Positions 45,340 to 52,672 of a DNA stretch of 52,672 nucleotides are shown here, piece after piece (position 1 is the stretch's first letter; every line of letters begins with the position of its first letter). Source of the DNA: Perkinsus chesapeaki ATCC PRA-425. Lineage: Eukaryota; Protista; Perkinsozoa. The translations under genes and the position numbers were made by a program. Below the pieces are notes generated by a model. That model was not told the origin of the DNA, searched no databases, and worked only from the letters and a program-made list of their open reading frames with translations. Location: positions 1 through 52,672 of the forward strand of contig JAAPAO010000206.1 of NCBI GenBank assembly GCA_013115145.1, written 5' to 3'.

Positions 45340-47574
45340 TCCCCTCATAGTTATGGCGTCCCTGTTCAGCCAGTGATAACCTGGCAAGACATTGGCTGCA
45401 TCGTGGAAGCGCTATGCAGTGTAGCGATTCACATTCCGTTTCGGCTCAGCTTAACCTCGAAGAGGAAATCCCTCTTCGATTATCTGAACAAGATTCCTCT
45501 GAGAAATCTAAATCATTCAGTGAGTGAACTCCACTTCCCAACGGCCAACGTCCCTTCATTCCGAAATGTGAGGAAAACATGATGGATGCGTCTCTCGCCC
45601 TAGCGTCGAGATAACTTACCTTAGTTGAGCATTATGTAGACGACCGCCCGAATGTGCTTGCCGCATATTCTTCCCTCAGCATTTTCGACTCCAAAATTGA
45701 GAGACAAACAACCAGACTCATAGCTAGTATTGATCAGTGACTCAACACAAGCCGCGCTCTAGTTGCTTCAATTCTTATAACAAGAAATGACGGTTCCTAG
45801 CATGCCCGTGCTGCACTAAGACTACCCTACGAGGCTTCAGCTTCCGCGTACTCCTCGGCTACTATCGCAGAGCTCAAACGGTATCTCTAGTAGTAATGGT
45901 CTAGCGCTTGCAATACCTAGGAGCAAATTGGTTGCTTTGCAGTCCTTAATTATACGCCCACAACACTCGCCATTTCCTTTCCCAAAATTCTCCGCTTCGT
46001 CTGATCCTTCATCCTCCTCATCAAACAAGCGTGAAGCCGTGCCTACCTACTAATCGCCACCCAACCAACAAGCATTGAGCTCACTCGGCAGCTCCAGCAA
46101 AGAACCATACCGACTCGGAGAAGAACCCAAAGAGCCGGAGGAGCGCGATCTGGGCATCCCGTCAGAGCCTCGCCGATATTACATCTTACCGGAAGTACCG
46201 CGCTACCTCGCCATTTGCTCCCGGAGTCGGCACAATCGATGGTGTCACAGACAACCCAAGACTATCGGTCTGAACATCGTTCTTAAATTATCGCCTGGGA
46301 TGTTTTTGGCTCACCTCGCCTCCATCAGTAGTAAGATCTTCATCCTCGGTGTCTTCCTCGAATATCGGTGTCAAACGGAATACCTCTGAATCCGGCCGTT
46401 GTGAAGCGAACGAAGACTGAATGGAAAGTGATTAGGAAAAGGCCAGCTCCGAATACACCTTGTCGATTTTGTCGAGTCTGTTACGCATCCCTTCATTTGA
46501 AAATAAAGATTTATCAGCATTCACACTGCTTACGAGCACACATGTCCCGCCACTCACTAAGTAGGCTTCGTTACTCCGAATGGAAGTATCGCATTACTAT
46601 TTTTCCGAATTTATCTGCTCTGTCCAGATTAAAAGTTCACAGGCCGAAAACGCGACTAGGTAATTTTGTGACGGTTTATATTTTAAAGGAGTGACGGAAA
46701 GCATCCGACTTTGCGTAGTTACGTTTGAAAAGTAACGATGCTCAGACTCCTCAGATCTCCGATATGTCCGCCATCGCAGTGATGCCCCCTGCCACAGTCT
46801 TTGGCACTTGGTTTTGAACCAAGAGCAAATATCCGAGCACAGTAACATAGGCGATATTTTAGGGAGGCAAAAGCAGCAATAAACAGCAGGCTCTTGTGAG
46901 TATACCTGTAACATGAACAAGATACTGAAAACCAATGAGCATGCCCGAGCTTTGAAAACGTTGATAACAAGATATAATATATATTACAATACGATATATA
47001 TATGGTAATAGTCTACAAAGATACTTTGGAGGTCAAATTACGAGCGTTTGAACGCTGCCGTGTAGTGTAAATTAGATAAATTCTAGGTTGAAGAACCAAG
47101 AACAATCCATAAGGAGACGACACAAGGGAGCAGGAAATCTATTCGCTTTTTGTGTCCATAGCAGTGATTATATAGCGTAGCTTCATCAACATCATTTGTG
47201 GATTTGTAGAGGTAATCTTCTGGTAACTTAACCCAGAACCCAATGAGACTGTCCAACACTGTTTGTGTGGTAATAGCCTTACTGATCGTTGGTTATCTTC
47301 CTTCATTCCTATTGTAGAATTCATTTAAAGACTCACTAAAGGGTGCTTCGGTGTGCGATACGCAATAATCTTGGGCACTTCGGTCGACTTGTGAACTCTC
47401 AGTACTCCGCATAGAACGCACTGTCAAGCAGTTCCTTCCTAGTGGTGAAGAAGCTCATTTTCAGCAACTTATTTCGAATTTAGGAAAATAAATTTATAAA
47501 AATTTGATAAAGAAGGTAAAAGATACTACTTCGGAGAAACGGCTGGCAGGAAATCTATTCCTCGAATAAGCCAT
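45340..47574 (-). CDS. Hypothetical multi-exon protein with one hydrophobic segment and an acidic/Ser-rich tail
   Basis: Spliceable segments: MAYSRNRFPASRFSE, LPEDYLYKSTNDVDEATLYNHCYGHKKRIDFLLPCVVSLWIVL, FRLTPIFEEDTEDEDL, RSRSSGSLGSSPSRYGSLLELP, LFDEEDEGSDE. Confidence 0.35.
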
Positions 47575-47734
47575 TCGACTATTACTGCTACGCTGCATTA
47601 TTATTGAGGGAAGTCCAACTGGTACTTTGCCGCTGGGCAAAGAGAACGAGACTGTTTTACGCGTGTGTCATGTGGTGGCATACGTGATTATTGCCATTTA
47701 GCCGCATGCCTTCTAATGGCTTTACCCTCCCCCG

Positions 47735-49066
47735 ATGCTACCGTCAAATTTAACAGATTATTCACAGTGCGCTGGTCAAAGATTCTCCGAGCTTGAATCT
47801 ACGAATCCCGGCTCACCAACAAGTACATGCGATAGCCTAGGAGCTGGTGAAGTTGCTAATGGTATTGATGCCATGATGTTGGATAGCCTGTCTGAGCCGG
47901 GGACTCCGAAGGGGGGAAGTTCTGATGTAATATCAGGAATGTCTGGGTAATTACGATATTAATATTATTTTTATGCCTCCACTTCCTCATTAAATTTATA
48001 TCTTTAAGCCGTCTCAGGTTAGCGAGTCCGATCTCTTCAACGATCTCCTATGCCTGGATGTTTCACCACCCTCTCCATCCCTAGGCCTTCTCAACATGCC
48101 CGATGAGCTTGTATGTGCAGTTCTATCCTTCTTACCAGCCGTGTCTATAATTAACACCTCTAGAACCTGCAAGTACCCCCCCCTAGACCGCTCTTTTTGC
48201 AGTTATCGCGTCAGATTTCTCCAGCTATGCGCCAATCGAGACGAGCTGTGGTATTGGGTTTATCACTACCGTTGGCCTCCTCGGAAGGATCGCTACGGTC
48301 GAAGGGTAATTCCATTGGCCAAATTCACTCCAGTTTAATTATTCAGTCAACTTTGCGCTACAAGCCGCTCGTACGGTGTTGGAAGGAAGAACTACAGCTT
48401 CGGTCCGATTCGGAAGCAACAGGGGTGGCCAAGGAAGAGGTGGTTCATCGGAGTTGGGGAGATCTAGACGCAGCTGTGGCCATGAGGAGGCGGGCAGCAA
48501 CTCAACTGAACGTTCGGAGCCAAACGAGCAGCTCTTCGTTTTCGCTGGCTTCGCGTTCGCCGTTCTCCGCGTCCCGGGCGGCACAGCTGGATCGTTATCG
48601 TCGAGTTTGTAATGAAGCTCGAGATGAGTGGATGTTATGGAGGGTTGTTTATCGTAATATTGAAGACCATCCAGACCCCAAGGATTCGCCCAATCACACC
48701 TGCGATAATACCAGGTTGAAAAGCCGAGAAAAAATGGGTTTGAATTGTGAATTTCAGATGCACCTTGTGGAGATGCCGAATGTTGCGAGACGTGTTTGTG
48801 TGTGATGAGACCGGGCACGTTCATGAATGTAACGGACGGACGATGGAGGACTCCGCCTGTGACAGTGCTATGTGGGACCGAGAGAATCAGTGCTGGGTCT
48901 GCCCGATAAGCATGAGAATTTTCCGGTAAATTTTCTGTTTTTCCCCTCTGAATTTTTCTACAGGTATGCGGCTCCGAGTAATGCTGCGGTTGAGCAAGGC
49001 ATCGAGCCTGGTGGAGAGGACTTCGGGCTGCTCAACCATGTTGGAGAGTCGGATTCTCGAGGTTGA
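47735..49066 (+). CDS. F-box protein with a C-terminal Cys/His zinc-binding module (SKIP31-like)
   Basis: F-box LLNMPDELVCAVLSFLPAVSIINTSRTCK|RFLQLC...LW; later FVCDETGHVHECNG...CDSAMWDRENQCWVCPISMRIF. The 3' end may extend further. Confidence 0.75.
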
Positions 49067-49229
49067 ATTGACAGACGAGATTGAGATGAGCTTTGTTGGG
49101 CGGCAGGTATAATTGATCCTCGGGCAGGAGAGGGTGAATGCGGAGAAGTTGAGGGCCAGGGGGGAGATGGCGGCGTCGCTGTTGGGAATAAAAAGTAACA
49201 AGAATCAACGGGGAGAAACTTGTGCTACT

Positions 49230-50090
49230 TACAGCCGATCGTGCTCCGGAATACCTGTCCTCGATTACTTGGATCTAGAGCCATCGGAGATGAGCCGTGG
49301 TTTTTCGATTGGTGCATTCCCGTGGTGCTTAGTTGTTACGAACCATAGTAGACATTGATAGCTGGATGGTATACAAGGGAAACTGGACTCGGCAATTTCC
49401 GACAACGGGCTGTAGCTCGCCGGGAAATTTTTCCCCGCTTAAAGCCAATAATCTGGCCAGTAGGGATACTAGTTTCGCGGATAGGGACTTGTTCAATTTC
49501 ATGATGAAGGATTACAGCTCCACGAGCAAAGGCATCACTCCCGGGTTGGACTTTCAACAACACCAGAGAATCTGCTAAAATTGCACAATCTGTGAAACTT
49601 CTTCGCTGCAACGTAGAGCCCTACTATAAAACCTCCTGGAAGGATCTTCGAGTAGGATATGTTTGCGCAACGCGGAGGATACGTTCGCACAATATCCTGC
49701 GATTTTAGCAGTACGAAGGTTTCCCTATCCGATCCCAACCGCTAAATTTATGGCCTTGAGCGCGAAAGCGAAGATTTCTGAATGGTATAGTCTGGATAAA
49801 TGGCATCTCACCAAAGTAGGGAGTTTCCCCGTTTTTCGTCGACTAAGAAGGTTCTGATGACACTGAGAGTCGCAGCATTCACGCTCCTTCATTCTGGATG
49901 AAAATTGATTGGAGAGGATCGAGCGGAAAGCAACGTAGTTTTCGCAGTGATCGTTCCTCCTTAGTTGTTTTGTTGACTGGTATTACCAAGGTTACGAGGC
50001 ATCGATGGCAGATGAACGCCGAGAGGCTGAGGCGGAGCGAAGAAATTTCGATAGGATGGGAGAAGCAAGATTTAGGGGGGTGAGGCATGC
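49230..50090 (-). CDS. Possible multi-exon hypothetical gene, unresolved
   Basis: Coding-like minus-strand segments (ILCERILRVAQTYPTRRSFQE; LVLLKVQPGSDAFARGAVILHHEIEQVP) with GT-AG-flanked gaps. No consistent full model was built. Confidence 0.2.
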
Positions 50091-50437
50091 GATGTTGATC
50101 AATCTCTAGTCACTGGAGCAAGCGCGAAAGTTAACCGGGATAACCATATTTAGCACCAACTTCGACTCCACAAATCGGTTCATTTAAAGGCTTCCCGGCA
50201 TTGCTCTTGTCACCTTCTTAGGCCGAGTTGCGAGGGCACAGATGCAGCGGCGCCAGCAGTAGCACTGTCAGACGGAAACGCAGTCATCCTACGAGAGCCT
50301 TCGAAAACAGCAGTGAAGAGATGCCCGATGATAGGCCATGTGCTCTTCGTCGATTGTTATGATTGTACATCTTCATCAAGTTGAGTTTGTTTCCAGTTGC
50401 TGTTGTGCAGTTAATCACGCCAGTGAACTGTCGTTAG

Positions 50438-52243
50438 ATGGAGTGGCCTCAAATGATCAAAATAATGGCTTTGTTATTTCAAGTCAAAGCATCAGCGAAT
50501 TGCTGGAAGAATCGTTACACAGACTACTCTAACTCATCAGTGGGCTACTCACATTGTTGTAACCCATTAAATGGACCAGAGGGCCGCGCCGCATGCTTCG
50601 ACGGGAGGGGTTACACTTTTCGGGACTGTTGTTCGGCAAAGCCTGTTGACGGTTTCTCAAATCTCACAGAAGAGGCAAAGGAGGTCGGTATTGACAGCAA
50701 GTTCAATGTGGTGGAGTTTCTCACTGCGCCACCATTTCATGATCGGTTCGTCGAGCTCTACCCCTTCGTGTGCTCCCTACTTAGAGAAGGCCGTTATTCC
50801 ATGCAGTGTGATATTCTCGCAGTGAAGTGGTTCGGACATGCACCGTCAACCGAAGAGGAAGCACGCGAATTCAGCCCAGCTTTGGTGTGTTCAAGGCTAG
50901 ATATTAACGCCGACTTTTGTATGACCATTTACGGCCGAATGTGGCAGCACAGTGTTTGGCGACGAGACCTTCACCGAGGCCGACTTAACATGGCAGAATG
51001 CACCTATATGATGCGACTCATTTACTCCCTCGGCATCTCATTGGCCACGGACGTACCGCGGAAGAGTTACGATGAGAAATCTTCGAAAATGAAGGAATGG
51101 TTTTATTGGTGGTGGTCGGACAGAATGAGGCGATGTGAAGTTATTAATCAACGTCAAAGCTCCAACTTTACCCACAAGCTTCCAAGGACACCGCCAGGGT
51201 CTACATCACCTCATCGAACTGCGATTTTGATGTCGGTGGCGTATAATACAAAGGGAACCCCAATCGTGAAAGCAGCTCTGGAAATGTGGAAATGCTATGC
51301 GCAGTTTCACGGCTATACATTTTTAGTTGATGAAGAGCCTTATGACAGCTATGATGGTTTATACGCAGTCAAATTTCCGAGCATGAAAACCGAAGTAGCG
51401 CATCGTATTAAGAATCATGAGCCGGTTGACGTCAATCTTGGTAGCCCACCATCGGTTGGGTGGATGAAGTGGCGAGCGGCTCGTCGATGGATCGATGAGT
51501 TTGATGCCATCATCATCGTGGACCCTGACATGTTGGTCAGCTTCACATGTTATCATATTGCATTGCATCATTTACTTCGTCAAGGAGCCGATATCGTACT
51601 TCGAGACTATCCCCCGAAGGCCGAGCTGAACGCAGGGTTCGCAATAATACGAAACTCACCAAACGGTCGATACTTTCTCGATTCATTACTCACTAAGGCT
51701 AGATGGTACGGTCTAACACTAGCAGATCAGGACGCTCTAGCCGAAACAGCACTTCAGTTCGTTAGCAGTGAGGTCAATGACGAGCTTCCTCAGGAATCAT
51801 CTAGCACGGTGCTGAACCCTGTGCGATATACCGGACAATGTCTGGACACAATGATACTATACAAGACAGGTTTATATAGTGAAGCTGATCAGGTTGTCTG
51901 CTTTCAAAAACACCTGTCAATGTTGGCTGGCCCATGGGGGTCGCGAGGAAGTCGATCGCTGAGATTCGTGGATCCAAGAGAGATTGATATCAATTATCGA
52001 GTCACATTGACTTCGAGGATTAGCGGAACACCGATGATCGTTCACTGGGCAGGAAGCGTATCAAAGTTCACAGATATGTCAACATATGTTTACCGATTGA
52101 TCGGTATGAACCTCTCAGCCATGGTTGAAGGTTACGACTGGGCGACTGTGTGTCACGATGTCATCTGGGATAGCGCCTCTACGGCCTCTTGCGTGGCTGG
52201 TAGCTCCGAGGACCTTTGGTGTGATTCATATTTATGCGGATGA
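50438..52243 (+). CDS. GT34-like (GMA12/MNN10 family) glycosyltransferase with an N-terminal Cys-rich module
   Basis: 601-aa ORF with signal/anchor. WKCYAQFHGYTF, WMKWRAARRW...IIIVDPDM (DxD), ELNAGFAIIRNS...YFLD, DQDAL, IVHWAG. Confidence 0.8.
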   Translation: MEWPQMIKIMALLFQVKASANCWKNRYTDYSNSSVGYSHCCNPLNGPEGRAACFDGRGYTFRDCCSAKPVDGFSNLTEEAKEVGIDSKFNVVEFLTAPPFHDRFVELYPFVCSLLREGRYSMQCDILAVKWFGHAPSTEEEAREFSPALVCSRLDINADFCMTIYGRMWQHSVWRRDLHRGRLNMAECTYMMRLIYSLGISLATDVPRKSYDEKSSKMKEWFYWWWSDRMRRCEVINQRQSSNFTHKLPRTPPGSTSPHRTAILMSVAYNTKGTPIVKAALEMWKCYAQFHGYTFLVDEEPYDSYDGLYAVKFPSMKTEVAHRIKNHEPVDVNLGSPPSVGWMKWRAARRWIDEFDAIIIVDPDMLVSFTCYHIALHHLLRQGADIVLRDYPPKAELNAGFAIIRNSPNGRYFLDSLLTKARWYGLTLADQDALAETALQFVSSEVNDELPQESSSTVLNPVRYTGQCLDTMILYKTGLYSEADQVVCFQKHLSMLAGPWGSRGSRSLRFVDPREIDINYRVTLTSRISGTPMIVHWAGSVSKFTDMSTYVYRLIGMNLSAMVEGYDWATVCHDVIWDSASTASCVAGSSEDLWCDSYLCG

Positions 52244-52672
52244 AAAGTATTTGATGATTCTTCATCATGAATGTCTCCAATCCAGCTCGTTAAGTTGCAG
52301 CGTTCATAGTTCAACCAGTCACTGCTCCGTGTGAAGTTACCACGCCTACCAGACATCAATTCTAGATTCATACCTTCATGGTTAGGGGATTATTGTACCA
52401 GTGTAGCGTTTGTGAAATCCAAGAGTAAGTACTCTGAGAGTACCCACGGATGGGCAAGTTACAATGGACAAGTTTAACACAACGCACAAAGGATATAATT
52501 GAAATCCCAAAAGGCACGGGAGTGTGGGTAGGGCGCACTGTACAGGCATAGCCTGTGCAGCGTGCTAGTGCCTCATCAACCACTTGGAGGGTATCGACTA
52601 CCTGATGCCTACAGGCCGATGACTCAAGTGATTGGTGGGGCACCTCCGTACCTAGGGTATTAATTTAGAGAA

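Noticed and set aside
52368-52643. Minus-strand 91-aa ORF
   Set aside because: No recognisable features. The region could equally be 3' exons or UTR of the GT gene and is cut by the window end.

Overview
Eukaryotic genomic DNA with many short GT-AG introns, most likely from a Perkinsus species (inferred: bases 1-13 match the 3' end of the Perkinsus spliced leader, and the gene content fits). No database was used. Exon chains were spliced by hand, so exact boundaries are approximate. Genes in order: CAP/SCP secreted protein; LpqC/PHB-depolymerase-like esterase with an in-frame TGA; FAD synthetase; alpha/beta-hydrolase-like protein; long Q-rich 4E-T-like protein; a gene encoding eight tandem group I truncated-hemoglobin domains; DNAAF1-like LRR gene; A1 aspartyl protease; secreted two-repeat protein; cyclic-nucleotide-binding K+ channel; SKIP31-like F-box protein; GT34 glycosyltransferase. 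There are also non-LTR and MULE relics. The standout locus is the octa-globin gene (20.7-28.8 kb). It has a strict (AB)4 architecture with all eight proximal His retained, an antisense tRNA-His in one intron, and what looks like a second multi-exon gene interleaved on the opposite strand. Also notable: homologous palindrome-containing introns in two unrelated genes (introner-like), and several long near-perfect hairpins that share CATA/TATG-rich cores.
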